Translations under genes and position numbers: made by a program
Part shown: piece after piece, positions 1 to 9,594 of the stretch
Numbering within the stretch: the stretch's first letter is position 1
Layout of the letters: each line of letters starts with the position of its first letter
Notes under the pieces: model-generated
The model's database searches: none
What the model was told of the DNA's origin: nothing
Seen by the model: only the letters and a program-made list of their open reading frames with translations
NCBI GenBank assembly: GCA_027623675.1
Contig: JAQBVF010000009.1
Span: 1-64,000 of the forward strand
Source: Chloroflexota bacterium
Lineage (GTDB): Bacteria; Chloroflexota; Dehalococcoidia; Lucifugimonadales; UBA3495
Reading direction: 5' to 3'
Length of the DNA: 64,000 nt

Positions 1-53
1 CATCGGCCTGCCAGCTCAGCGTTGCCATAGGAATATTGTTACCAGAAGCGTGT

Positions 54-272
54 TCATACGCCCGACACCCGTCGCTGCTGGTAGCAGCCCCGGCCTTTTA
101 TCAGCCTCTCCACGCTAGACTTGGTAGTGGACACGTGCAATGGAATCAACAAGTCGGCTATCGCCCGGTAGCCACGGCCCTCGTCGTGGAGCCTGAACAC
201 CGTTCCCCACATCTCCGGGGGTATGCTCGGTTGCCTGCCCCGTTTTGGCGAAGCTAGAGGTTGTGCGCTCAT
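54..272 (-). CDS. Small HTH-like protein
   Basis: RLHDEGRGYRAIADLL...STTKSSVERLI resembles a helix-turn-helix. Confidence 0.5.
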   Translation of the reverse strand: MSAQPLASPKRGRQPSIPPEMWGTVFRLHDEGRGYRAIADLLIPLHVSTTKSSVERLIKGRGCYQQRRVSGV

Positions 273-369
273 GGCGCGGGTGGCCTCCGGGTCGGCTCAG
301 CGGGGTCTATTCCCTGGATTGTAGCTGGAACGCCGGTAACAGGCGTCCCAAAAATCGATTGCTGGGCCA

Positions 370-714
370 CTAGGGGGGATGCTGCGGGTCCAGGATGCGC
401 CCCAGGCGGGCCTGCTCCCGCTTGATGGCCTCGTAGTGGTCCCCCTGGTTTTCTCCCCGGTCCTGGTAGTAACCGCGCACCCAGGACAGGACGTTGTATT
501 TCCGCAGCACGGGGTCCGTGACACCCCACCGGTTCATCAACGCCTCGGCCGCTTCCACCTGGGCGGGGGGCAGGCCGCCGTAGGCACCGGGAGATAATTC
601 GTTAATTTCGTTTAATTCGTAACCCTGGGCGTTGGAATCAATGGGTAGTCTAGGCGTGGTGTCTAGTGTCCCGTCCTGTTTCAGTTTTTGGATTCTCTCC
701 AGGTATCCCGGCAT
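370..714 (-). CDS. Hypothetical element protein
   Basis: Open frame, GGGGAG RBS before ATG at 714, co-oriented downstream of the primase. Confidence 0.5.
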   Translation of the reverse strand: MPGYLERIQKLKQDGTLDTTPRLPIDSNAQGYELNEINELSPGAYGGLPPAQVEAAEALMNRWGVTDPVLRKYNVLSWVRGYYQDRGENQGDHYEAIKREQARLGRILDPQHPP

Positions 715-760
715 CACAGCACTCCCCTTGGGTACGAAATAAACGAAATTAACGAAATAA
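595..760. repeat. Two inverted blocks of ~10-bp iterated AT-rich repeats (AACGAAATTA-like x3 each); candidate element origin
   Basis: 595-625 taattcgttaatttcgtttaattcgtaaccc is nearly the reverse complement of 730-760 gggtacgaaataaacgaaattaacgaaataa. Confidence 0.7.
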
Positions 761-761
761 C

Positions 762-2870
762 TCACCCTCGGTTGATTGCCGCCCAGACCTCGATTGGTCT
801 ACCGTCGCTCTGCTCCATGTGCTGTCGGGCCAACCCGGCTTGTGCCAGTAGGGCCAATGCCTGCGTGATCCGGGTAGCGTTGACGTTCCTCTTGAACAAG
901 TAACTTATTTCGGTTCGGTTCAATGGGCCTATCCGTAGACCTTCCAGAATCCGGTCTGCTACCGGGTCTCCCGTGGCGTCTCCGAAGATATAGGCCGCTG
1001 AGGCTTCACAGTATTCCCAGACGGCCATCGCCGCCTCCAGATGCGGCAGTTGAATCTCCGATGCCCGGTCCATCGCCGCGTACAGCACTGACAGCCGAAG
1101 CACCTGGGCCTCTGCCCTTGCCGTGATAGCTCCAAAGAGTCCCGGCTTGCCGCTCGACAAGGCCCTGTAGATGTCGTTCCAAGCAATCTTGGCCTGGGGG
1201 TCTCTCGCTATTAAGCGGTCAGTCTTGGCATGTTCGAGGGCGGCTTGTAGTGGCTTGATCAGATGGCCCGTGGCGGCTTCGCCCCCGCCTTCGGGCAGGT
1301 ATTGTGCCCGGTTCGCGCAGGCCCACAAGAAACGGTTGGCAAAGCCGTTGGCGGCTTCGATCTCGTTCAGTTCTCGTAGTAGCTCATCCTTGGTGATGTG
1401 TCCTAGGATGCTGATGTGGGCGCCGGTGGCCTGGGCGGGAGTGTTCTTGGTCATGGTTCTCAGCATTCCGGTGTCCCACGCTTGGCGGACTTGGGTACTC
1501 AGGGTATTCGTTTCGCGGGACATTACCCTAAGCACCTGGGCGTATTCCGGCTCATAGGCCAGAAGCCTCTTGTCAACGAGTCCTTGGTCAATGATGTGGG
1601 TCTGGTATCCGCCGGTAAATTTGTTGTTCTCTTTGATAGCCTCGGTTTTCTCGATGGGGTCGCGGACGTTCCATATCAGCCCCTCTCCGCTGGACATTCC
1701 CCCTTTGATACATGCGTCTGCCCAATCGGGGTCTACTTCCTGATATACCCGGTGAATCTGCTCCCGCGAAGAACCTTTCCTGGAGTTTGAAGTCTCGCCT
1801 ACAATCACCACGTTTAAGTTTGTCCCGTGTCTTGCGGCGTCGGCCTTAGCGTGATACCCACGTCCCGCCGCGTTCCCAAAGTACACAAGATGGGTGAGCA
1901 ATATGGAAACGGGGTCTGCTTCGGTATGAGGCGCGATGGCATCGACTAACTCGCCGGTCAACCCGTGGTAGGCCGCCCGGTCGACCGGGCTAGGCCATTG
2001 CTGCTTCCGGGGCGGGGCTATATCCGTGAGCGGGTCTTGTTGCCGAGGGATTGCCGGAACACCGGCGGGATATTGCGCCACACTAGCGGCAATTGCCTGT
2101 ACCTCGTCCTCTGGTAGTGGTGGCTTGCAGCGAGTCCTATTCTCCACCATGAGGGCGGCCAAGATAGCTTCCTCGCTCATTCCCCGGCGTCTCATTGAAC
2201 CTGCGAGGCTCATTAAAGTGTGGTTCCGCTCGCCCTCTGGAATCTCATCGCCAATCGGCTCTGCCCACTGATCCCTTTCACTGGTAGGGACGCCGTTGGT
2301 GGAACCTGTCCACAGGTCGAGTACCCAGTCTGGAACTGGCGCAATCGCGGCTTTGTGATCCCACTCGTAGCGGTCGCCGCTGATATGTAGGGACGGCGGG
2401 GCGACGATATAGCCGCCTTCGCCCCGGGTGTCGATTCCGGGGCCTAACTTCCCTGCCGTATTCTTGAGGGTTCGGTCCAAAGGGTTCAGGAATACCCAAT
2501 GGTTGCCGCCACTGCCGGTCAGCACCGTCAAAGTCTCGATGGGGCCATGTATATCCTGCAAGTCTGACCAATTGGATGGACCATCGTTTTTTAAATCTGT
2601 GTCAACGACGACGATGCCAGACACCGCGCCGGTAGCTACGCCGATGTTGGCATTGGGCCAGGTAGTCCACCACCCGGTAATGGTGTCGGGGTCAGTAGTC
2701 GCTGCTTTGAGTCCACCTTCAACCCTGGGATGCTTGGCAGGGTTCCGGCACTCCTGGTTACGGCAGGTGCATACCCCGTTTACTTGAGAGTGAAGAGGGA
2801 ACACAGCCCAGCCCTTCTTGGCGTAGGCCAGGCCGCGTTTTAGCATCGATGTCTGACTAGCGGCCATCAC
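762..2870 (-). CDS. Bifunctional DNA primase/polymerase with PriCT-1 and DUF3987-like helicase region
   Basis: GWAVFPL...KHP...NIGVATG..IVVVDTD, GIDTRGEGGYIVAPPS, IPEGERNHTL (PriCT), NVVIVGETSNSRKG Walker-A-like, NGFANRFL. Confidence 0.9.
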   Translation of the reverse strand: MMAASQTSMLKRGLAYAKKGWAVFPLHSQVNGVCTCRNQECRNPAKHPRVEGGLKAATTDPDTITGWWTTWPNANIGVATGAVSGIVVVDTDLKNDGPSNWSDLQDIHGPIETLTVLTGSGGNHWVFLNPLDRTLKNTAGKLGPGIDTRGEGGYIVAPPSLHISGDRYEWDHKAAIAPVPDWVLDLWTGSTNGVPTSERDQWAEPIGDEIPEGERNHTLMSLAGSMRRRGMSEEAILAALMVENRTRCKPPLPEDEVQAIAASVAQYPAGVPAIPRQQDPLTDIAPPRKQQWPSPVDRAAYHGLTGELVDAIAPHTEADPVSILLTHLVYFGNAAGRGYHAKADAARHGTNLNVVIVGETSNSRKGSSREQIHRVYQEVDPDWADACIKGGMSSGEGLIWNVRDPIEKTEAIKENNKFTGGYQTHIIDQGLVDKRLLAYEPEYAQVLRVMSRETNTLSTQVRQAWDTGMLRTMTKNTPAQATGAHISILGHITKDELLRELNEIEAANGFANRFLWACANRAQYLPEGGGEAATGHLIKPLQAALEHAKTDRLIARDPQAKIAWNDIYRALSSGKPGLFGAITARAEAQVLRLSVLYAAMDRASEIQLPHLEAAMAVWEYCEASAAYIFGDATGDPVADRILEGLRIGPLNRTEISYLFKRNVNATRITQALALLAQAGLARQHMEQSDGRPIEVWAAINRG

Positions 2871-3487
2871 TGTCCCAGTCCCATCTGATCCAAAGCCGCG
2901 GCGAGCTCGCCAGCGTATAGGCGCACAAGGGGAAGCAAGGCTTCGTTGCCTGGAGTCTCTCCTGCTCCAGTGACGGTTCCGACCGCTGCAATCCCGTTGG
3001 CGCGAAGAGCATCTCTTGCAGATTCACCCTCGCTGACGACCACCTGAGTTTCGTCGGGTAGTGCTGTAAGGTCTTCTGAGCCGTAGAGTGGTAGAGCCGA
3101 CACTGGCATTCCGTTTAACCCGATGGATCCACCGGGTTGTTCCCACCACATCTTTTTGCCTTTCAGACCGTCCTTCCTAACGTGGACGGCGATAACCCGA
3201 CCATCAAGGTCTCGCACTTGGTAACGGGTCTCAGGGTTGCTGCTCCTCTTAGTTGTCGGCTTAGGCCACACTCCTTTTTCTTGCAATGCGGCGATTACCA
3301 CGTCCTGGGAGCATTTAGCTTGGCAATGAACTAAAGTCGTTCCGTCTTTCTCGCTTACTGAGAAGCTCGGCTTGGTGTCCTCGTGGGATGGGCAGTGGAC
3401 ATGACCCTTGCCGGGTAGCGCCCTCAAGCATTCGCATCCAGCACGCCCGCACCTGAGCGCACCCAGAATTTTTGTCGCGTTACTCAT
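2867..3487 (-). CDS. Zn-binding domain plus truncated TOPRIM primase-like protein
   Basis: CPSHEDTKPSFSV...HCQAKC zinc motif; VVVSEGESARDAL TOPRIM start without the downstream DxD. Confidence 0.7.
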   Translation of the reverse strand: MSNATKILGALRCGRAGCECLRALPGKGHVHCPSHEDTKPSFSVSEKDGTTLVHCQAKCSQDVVIAALQEKGVWPKPTTKRSSNPETRYQVRDLDGRVIAVHVRKDGLKGKKMWWEQPGGSIGLNGMPVSALPLYGSEDLTALPDETQVVVSEGESARDALRANGIAAVGTVTGAGETPGNEALLPLVRLYAGELAAALDQMGLGQ

Positions 3488-3689
3488 TTTCCAATTCATC
3501 CCCCGTCCCGGACATCAACCACTCCTCAAACGTTGCCCGATGAATCACAATCCTTTTGCCCAATCGTCTTGCCCCAGGAAGCCGTCCTTGGTTGGCCAGC
3601 GAATATAGTGTGGCCTCAGAAACTCCGGCTTGAATAGCGGCCTCAGATACCGACATACCTATACGGGTCCCGGTTGGTTTCAGCATCAA
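3480..3689 (-). CDS. Excisionase-like HTH protein
   Basis: MSVSEAA..AGVSEATLYSLANQGRLPGARRLGKRIVI. Confidence 0.85.
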   Translation of the reverse strand: MMLKPTGTRIGMSVSEAAIQAGVSEATLYSLANQGRLPGARRLGKRIVIHRATFEEWLMSGTGDELENE

Positions 3690-3762
3690 TACACTCTCCC
3701 TACACTAATTTGTTCTGACCGTAATCAGCTGTTATAATCCACTTTCTCACGTATAATTATAT

Positions 3763-4668
3763 GTGTCATTCCATTATATATACGAAATGAATGAGGCTTT
3801 TGTGGCGAGAGCAAAGTTAGACAACTCAGTGATATTCGAGATCAAAAGTTACCGTTCTCAGAAAGTGCAACGTGGGGACCGTTGGATTCCGATGCCGCTG
3901 GATGAAATTGAAGGGAAGATGCAAGAAGCTAGGTATACCGGGCTTGTCAAATCCGACATGCCTGGTCGGGGGTCCATACAGAAATATGCCAGGGAATATG
4001 ACGATATACCGGACGAAGCGAAACTTCTCGATGAGCCGTTCACATGGAGTCGAATGGGTGAGTATGGATTGCCCTGGGAAGCCAGTGGGTTCTTGCTCGA
4101 AATGTCTCGGTTCATTCAGGAGTTTGAATACCGATTATCTGACGCACTCTGGCATCCTCCGCCAAGACCGCCGTCCGTTCGGCAAGTGAGATGGTGGTGG
4201 AGAATCCACCAGGCGGTGCCCGATATGGAGGATTACACCAACATTTACTTATGGGCTAAAGAATATGAGCTTTACGAGCTCTTCGACCATTTGCTAGGGA
4301 AAAAAATCAATATTTCAGGTCTTGACGCATATTTCACTTACCGTCCGTGGTCTAGCGCCGAGCATTGCGAACGATACGTTGAGGCCGTCTGCCAAAAGCG
4401 GATTCCTGGCCTAAGTAAGCATGAGGACGAATTCCCACTCATAGAGCAACTCATGGAGTACGAAGAATTCCGGACAGGTATTCCTGGCGGCGTCCCAAGA
4501 TCTGAACCTGGAAAGCTCCCAGCGGCTCGTTTGCGTGAGTTTATGGAGTTCCATTTGCCGTTGAGAGAAGGGAACCGGGAACTTAAAGAAAGGATCATTT
4601 TGGAATTAAGAGACAGGGAACAAATCAAGGCCGAGAGCCAAGTAACGGGTGGGAACACTGCGAACTAG
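3763..4668 (+). CDS. Hypothetical protein divergent from xis (repressor position)
   Basis: 301-aa ORF directly upstream of the integrase; no family recognised. Confidence 0.6.
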   Translation: MSFHYIYEMNEAFVARAKLDNSVIFEIKSYRSQKVQRGDRWIPMPLDEIEGKMQEARYTGLVKSDMPGRGSIQKYAREYDDIPDEAKLLDEPFTWSRMGEYGLPWEASGFLLEMSRFIQEFEYRLSDALWHPPPRPPSVRQVRWWWRIHQAVPDMEDYTNIYLWAKEYELYELFDHLLGKKINISGLDAYFTYRPWSSAEHCERYVEAVCQKRIPGLSKHEDEFPLIEQLMEYEEFRTGIPGGVPRSEPGKLPAARLREFMEFHLPLREGNRELKERIILELRDREQIKAESQVTGGNTAN

Positions 4669-4709
4669 ACATTGGTGCGGACGATGGGCCGATAAGGAGA
4701 AACGCGAAG

Positions 4710-5852
4710 ATGAACGGAAGTATCAGGCAACGATCCAAGGGAACATGGCAGCTCAGGTACGACGCGCCACCAGACGGCACTGGCAAGCGTCGGTTTGTCA
4801 GTGAGACGGTTAAGGGCAACAAGAAAGATGCGGAACGGGTACTTAGGGAACGACTAGCTGCGGTAGAGACGGGCAACTACGTGACCAGAGATAAGGAAAC
4901 CGTGGCGGAATATCTTAACCATTGGTTGGGAACTTATGCTGCCAGCAACACGACCCTACGAACGCAGCAAGGTTATCTAGGTAATATCCGACGCTACATC
5001 GAGCCCTCCATAGGTAGCATTGAGCTACAAAAACTGAAGCCTGATCAAATTCAGAAATTGTACGTCGGATTGCTAGAAAAGGGCCTCGGCAATCGCACTG
5101 TGCTCCACGTACACAGGGTATTACGTAAGGCGTTATCGGATGGGGTCAAGTGGGGCGTTTTAGTCCGCAATGTGGCTGACGCCGCAACTCCGCCCCGGCC
5201 CCAAAACAAAGAAATGGAAATGTGGGACACCGACACCATCAGCGAGTTCATCGCTATTACCGAAGGGCATAGGTTCCGAGATTTCTACCTGTTAGCACTC
5301 CTGACTGGTCTAAGGCGATCTGAACTGTGTGGGGTGAAATGGGAGAGTGTGGACCTGGTCGCTGGCCGCCTAAGCGTTGTCAGGACTCTACAAAGGATCG
5401 ACGGAAAGGGACTTGTAGAAGGGCAACCCAAAACACGTAAATCCCGGCGCTCTATCGCCCTAAGTCCCCAGGCCGTAGAAGTTCTTCACGCCGTCCGTGG
5501 CCAGCAGATCGAGTACCAACTGGCCGCTGGACCACTGTGGCGGAACACCGGATACGTCCTGACCCAAGCTGATGGAAGCCCTCTTAATCCAATCACTGTT
5601 ACCCAAAAATTCACCGCCATTGTCCGGGAGTCTAATCTCCCGCATCTGACCCTTCATGGTCTACGCCATGCCCATGCTACATTGATGCTCACTGCCGGGG
5701 TGCATCCGAAAGTGGTGTCAGAGCGTTTGGGACACTCCAACATTGCGATAACGATGGATACTTACTCGCATGTGATGCCTGGACTTCAGGAAGAGGCAGT
5801 TTTGACACTGGATGCACAGATCAACATCAACCCGGTGTCAGGCATAAAGTAG
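4710..5852 (+). CDS. int: Tyrosine recombinase/integrase
   Basis: TGLRRSEL, PKT, LHGLRHAHAT, RLGHSNIAITMDTYSH catalytic motifs; N-terminal arm-binding region. Confidence 0.95.
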   Translation: MNGSIRQRSKGTWQLRYDAPPDGTGKRRFVSETVKGNKKDAERVLRERLAAVETGNYVTRDKETVAEYLNHWLGTYAASNTTLRTQQGYLGNIRRYIEPSIGSIELQKLKPDQIQKLYVGLLEKGLGNRTVLHVHRVLRKALSDGVKWGVLVRNVADAATPPRPQNKEMEMWDTDTISEFIAITEGHRFRDFYLLALLTGLRRSELCGVKWESVDLVAGRLSVVRTLQRIDGKGLVEGQPKTRKSRRSIALSPQAVEVLHAVRGQQIEYQLAAGPLWRNTGYVLTQADGSPLNPITVTQKFTAIVRESNLPHLTLHGLRHAHATLMLTAGVHPKVVSERLGHSNIAITMDTYSHVMPGLQEEAVLTLDAQININPVSGIK

Positions 5853-5863
5853 GAACCGGGAAA

Positions 5864-5884
5864 TGTCCACGGATTGTCCACGGA
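5864..5884. repeat. Direct repeat TGTCCACGGA x2, probable integrase arm-type sites
   Basis: Copies at 5864-5873 and 5875-5884, between the integrase stop and the att core. Confidence 0.55.
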
Positions 5885-5988
5885 GTACACTAGGCTAGGT
5901 TCGACCAAAAAAACTAGATGCGGTTCCGTGAGCACAAATGCTCAAGAACAATGGACTGGACAAACGCCGTATTACGCCTAGAATACAA

Positions 5989-6046
5989 CTCGAAAACCGG
6001 TATGGGGGCAACCTCATCGTGGGTTCGAATCCCACTCTCTCCGCCA
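5989..6046 (+). other. att site: 3' half of tRNA-Ser(CGA), not an intact tRNA
   Basis: ctCGAaaaccgg, long variable arm, gggttcgaatccc T-arm, ending ccgCCA; 5' acceptor, D-arm and anticodon-stem strand absent. Confidence 0.85.
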
Positions 6047-6062
6047 GAATAGGCACAAGTTC

Positions 6063-6096
6063 GGCCCGGACCACTCAGGTGAGTTCCGGGCCTTTT
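6063..6096 (+). terminator. Intrinsic terminator of the original tRNA locus
   Basis: ggcccgga...tccgggcc followed by tttt. Confidence 0.65.
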
Positions 6097-6443
6097 GATG
6101 CAAAGTACCCGAATCTTTCCCGACCGCTGTTGCTCAAGCACGGATCTTCAGATCATTCTGCTCAACCCCTCGGTCGTGCCAAACCATCCATCTGTCCATG
6201 CCTTGCCAACCCCCTTTCTGCGGAATGGTTGGCGGTCTAGCGGGAGATCTGTTGGCGGGCACGATTCGGAAGTATCGAAGTATCAGGGTCAGCAGTTGAT
6301 ATAGCCTTGGTGCCGCCGAGCGGACGTGGACTGAGGAAGCCCCCAGCGCATGCCGGGCGTGTGGTCCGCCGGCGTGTTGCCTCCGCCGCGATCCGCCAAT
6401 ACAATTCAGGTAACATCAGGCCTGTGAACGGGGAGAATTCAAC

Positions 6444-7151
6444 ATGGCAGAAGAACTGGGCCGCATCCAGCGGCCCCCGGCGAGCCAATACGACGGGCGG
6501 CGCAAGCTGCTGCTCGTGCCATTGATCTACGGACCCCAGGCGGACGACCCGGAAGGCGCGACCGTCCTGAGGAATTACTGGGAGCAGATGCAGACCCAGG
6601 TCGCGGCGCTTGAGGGCGCCATCGGCGGCCTGCAGCATATCTACCATGAAAGTCTCACCGTGGGCGGCGACGAGGGTTTGGAGCAGTTGGGCGCCGCCGA
6701 CCAGCGCAGCCACGCCTTCATCACCGGCAAGACCCAGGCGGGCGCCGTCCTCGAGCCCACCGAGGATATGGACATCCTACTCGAGACGCTGGACCTGCAG
6801 CGTTGCATGATGATTCCTCTGGCCAGCGCCAACGTCGGGTCCCGGCTCCAAGAGTGGCACTCAGAGAGCAACCGTCAGCGCTACGAACATATCGCCAACC
6901 AGATCGACAGCACGCTGGGCGAGAACGAGTCGGGATTGCTACTGATCAGCGAACGCCACCAGATCCAGTTTCCCAGCGATATCGAGGTCTTCTACGTTTC
7001 GCCGCCGGCCCTGGACGACTACCGCCGCTGGATCCAGACCTGGATGGAGAAACAACAGGCGGCGGCGGAAGCGGCTAGAGAGCCGAAGATGGCGGACTTG
7101 GACGAAGATTTTGACGCTGCTGACGAAGTTGGTGAGGAGTCCGAAGAATAG
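6444..7151 (+). CDS. Hypothetical protein with acidic tail
   Basis: 235-aa ORF, GGGAG RBS, host-like codon usage. Confidence 0.8.
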   Translation: MAEELGRIQRPPASQYDGRRKLLLVPLIYGPQADDPEGATVLRNYWEQMQTQVAALEGAIGGLQHIYHESLTVGGDEGLEQLGAADQRSHAFITGKTQAGAVLEPTEDMDILLETLDLQRCMMIPLASANVGSRLQEWHSESNRQRYEHIANQIDSTLGENESGLLLISERHQIQFPSDIEVFYVSPPALDDYRRWIQTWMEKQQAAAEAAREPKMADLDEDFDAADEVGEESEE

Positions 7152-7214
7152 GACCGGAAGTTCGGATCGCCTCTCTCCAGTCATGTGTCTCGGAAGCCAA
7201 ACAGTGTCGGCCGG

Positions 7215-8420
7215 TTACACCACCGCCACGGCCGTAACCTCGATGAGCTGCTCCGGCCGGCCCAATATCTGGTGCATGGACACCCCCGTGGCCGATGGGA
7301 ACCGGCCGCCGAAATACTTGCGCCGCACCTCACCCACCTTCCGGTAATCCATCATCCCATTGGGAGCGACCCACTCGATGGTGTTCAAGATGTCGTCCAT
7401 CGAGTAGCCGCCCTCCTCCATGATCCGGGCGATGTTGCCGTAGGCCTGCTCCGTCTGGGCCACAATGTCGTACCCGCCGACGGTGGCGCCGGTGGCATGG
7501 TCCACCGACGACTGCCCCGATATCTGCAGCAGACGGCCCTTCTTGACCCCGGCGCTGCGGGTCAGCCTCCCGTAGCTCTCCTGCCACTCCGGAACCCGAA
7601 TCTCCTCCCTGGTCCCGCCCTTCACCGCCACCGCCTCGATCTCCACATGGCCATCGGGCCGCAGCAGCCGGTTGACCGGTATGCTCGTTGACGCCGGAAA
7701 CCGGCTCCCGAAGAACTCGCGCCGCGCCTGGGCGGTATTGGGGTACTGGAGCAGTGACTGGGGGGAGATGTAGTCCAGGGTCTTGACCACGTCATCTGGC
7801 CCGGCCCCGGCGGCGGCCAGCACCTCGCCGACGGTGCCATAGGCCAACTTCACCTGCCTGGCCGTGTCCTGGGGATAGACGGCTTGGCCCTCCACCTGCT
7901 CGCTGCCTACGAAACCGGAGGTCCACACCGTGCCATCAACCTCGACTCCGGGCACGTAGGTGAGTTCGCCGTACCGGTCCCAGCCGGGGTTGATGGGCTT
8001 CTTGTCCCCGCGCATGGCCACCATGCTAACTTCGATAAAGGCGTCGGGCCGCAGCAGACGCTCCACACAGATGCCCGTGGCGCCCACCGGACTGTTCCCC
8101 AGATACTCCTGGCGAATCTCCCCGGTTTGGCGGTACAATGGCAACCCGGTGGCGTCGATGTAGTCCACCGTCTGGACCACGTTCTCGAACCCCATGCCCG
8201 CTGCTTCCAAGACCACGGCCAGCTTCTCGTAGACCACCCGTGTCTGGTCCAACAGGTTGCCCTTGCAGACCACCCGGCCCGACCCCGGGTCGTACTCGCT
8301 GGCGGTCTGCCCCGACAGGTAAAGGATACCGGCGTTCTCGGCGCCCATGCAGAAGGTGTACCGGTCCAGGTCCAGCCACGGGAACTTGGCCGGGTCCACC
8401 TCGACGATATTCTTGCTCAT
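7215..8420 (-). CDS. Triple-domain RidA/YjgF family protein
   Basis: Three repeats of the SGQ/SGF...R..Y/F...P.xT.I....L.P...IEV/I pattern. Confidence 0.9.
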   Translation of the reverse strand: MSKNIVEVDPAKFPWLDLDRYTFCMGAENAGILYLSGQTASEYDPGSGRVVCKGNLLDQTRVVYEKLAVVLEAAGMGFENVVQTVDYIDATGLPLYRQTGEIRQEYLGNSPVGATGICVERLLRPDAFIEVSMVAMRGDKKPINPGWDRYGELTYVPGVEVDGTVWTSGFVGSEQVEGQAVYPQDTARQVKLAYGTVGEVLAAAGAGPDDVVKTLDYISPQSLLQYPNTAQARREFFGSRFPASTSIPVNRLLRPDGHVEIEAVAVKGGTREEIRVPEWQESYGRLTRSAGVKKGRLLQISGQSSVDHATGATVGGYDIVAQTEQAYGNIARIMEEGGYSMDDILNTIEWVAPNGMMDYRKVGEVRRKYFGGRFPSATGVSMHQILGRPEQLIEVTAVAVV

Positions 8421-8627
8421 CTCATCTCCGCGGCTTGCCAGTGATATGGGCTAGCCGATGACGCCGCTCGGCTCCAAGCGCCGGGATTCATCGCCAGAAA
8501 CCTAAAGCAGTCCCGGCAGCAGCCACGCCAACGGGCACGGAACGACCCCGGAACCGAGTCGGCCAGCTCGAGCACCTTTGGGCAGGAAAGGGCGCCCGGA
8601 GTGAGCATCTATTTAACCAACTTCCCG

Positions 8628-9071
8628 TCAGGCCACATCCGGCAGCGGGAACCGCAGCAGGGCGCTGGCCGGCTCCACCACCTTCTCGCCCCGCTGGTTC
8701 TCCACCCACAGGCCGCACTCGACCATGCCGCCCTCCGCCTCTTTGGCGACGCTGGTGACCAGGCCACGGCAGGTGAGAGAATCGCCGGGGTAGACCATGA
8801 CCAGGTTGCGGAAGGACAGCTTGCGCAGGAACGCGTCGGGGCCGGCCCAGTCCTGCACCAGTTGGGTCAGGAAGCCGCCCAGCATTTGGCCGTCGACGAA
8901 GGGGGAGTCGAAGCCAAGCTCCCGGGCGTAGTCGGCGTCGTAGTGCAGCCGGATGAAGTCCCAAGTAGCGGCGCCGTAGGCCATCATCCGGGCCATGCCA
9001 ATCTCTTTGACCAGGGGAGTGACCTCGTCGCCGGTCCGGATGTCTTCGAACCGCAGCGTCTGGACAGCCAT
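8628..9071 (-). CDS. MaoC-like dehydratase, catalytic subunit
   Basis: YGAATWDFIRLHYDADYARELGF...GQM...VYPGDSL hot-dog motif. Confidence 0.85.
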   Translation of the reverse strand: MAVQTLRFEDIRTGDEVTPLVKEIGMARMMAYGAATWDFIRLHYDADYARELGFDSPFVDGQMLGGFLTQLVQDWAGPDAFLRKLSFRNLVMVYPGDSLTCRGLVTSVAKEAEGGMVECGLWVENQRGEKVVEPASALLRFPLPDVA

Positions 9072-9072
9072 A

Positions 9073-9594
9073 CTAGGTCCCACCATCCATTGCATCATCG
9101 GGTGCATCATCGGGTGAGCGAGGCCGGTAGAACATGGTCTCGGTGTTCCGGGCCAGCAACTCCTCCCGCTGGTTGTAGAAGGTGGCCTCCATCACCTGAA
9201 AGATCAACGGTCCGGACCGGCCGGTGCGCTCGTAAACATCCTTGACCTTCCAGCGGGCGGTGATCACGTCGTCGGGGTGGATGGGCTGGAAGAACTCGTA
9301 TTCGTTGCCGGCCCGCAGGCCCTCCAGCTCACGGATGGCGCCCCGGCCCAGCAGGCCGCCCCGCTCGTCCATGTCGCTGTCCACGTATTGCCAGGTGTCG
9401 CAGACCAAAGTCGGCGGGGCCATCACATCCCTTAGTCCATGGGCCCGCGCGAACTCCCGGTCCGAATACAGCGGATTAAAGTCGCCGATGGCCAGGGCGT
9501 ATTGGCGCAGTGACGCGCGGCCCATCTCGTCGGGGGCCTGGAACACGATCTCCTGCCCCACGGTCTGTTGCAGTTTTTCCAGCAGGTCAGACAT
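9073..9594 (-). CDS. MaoC N-terminal-type (HadA-like) dehydratase subunit
   Basis: LRQYALAIGDFNPLYSD...APPT...YEFFQPIHPDD. Confidence 0.85.
   Translation of the reverse strand: MSDLLEKLQQTVGQEIVFQAPDEMGRASLRQYALAIGDFNPLYSDREFARAHGLRDVMAPPTLVCDTWQYVDSDMDERGGLLGRGAIRELEGLRAGNEYEFFQPIHPDDVITARWKVKDVYERTGRSGPLIFQVMEATFYNQREELLARNTETMFYRPRSPDDAPDDAMDGGT

Larger units (their letters stand above)
1..6046. mobile_element. Right part of an integrative (satellite/IME-like) element inserted in tRNA-Ser; left end lies outside the window
   Basis: Prim-Pol gene, xis-like HTH gene and tyrosine integrase ending next to a duplicated tRNA-Ser 3' half; visibly more AT-rich than flanking DNA. Confidence 0.85.

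Noticed and set aside
5989..6046. Intact tRNA-Ser or tRNA-Sec
   Set aside because: The 5' half is missing and the anticodon is CGA, not TCA; it is an att duplication.
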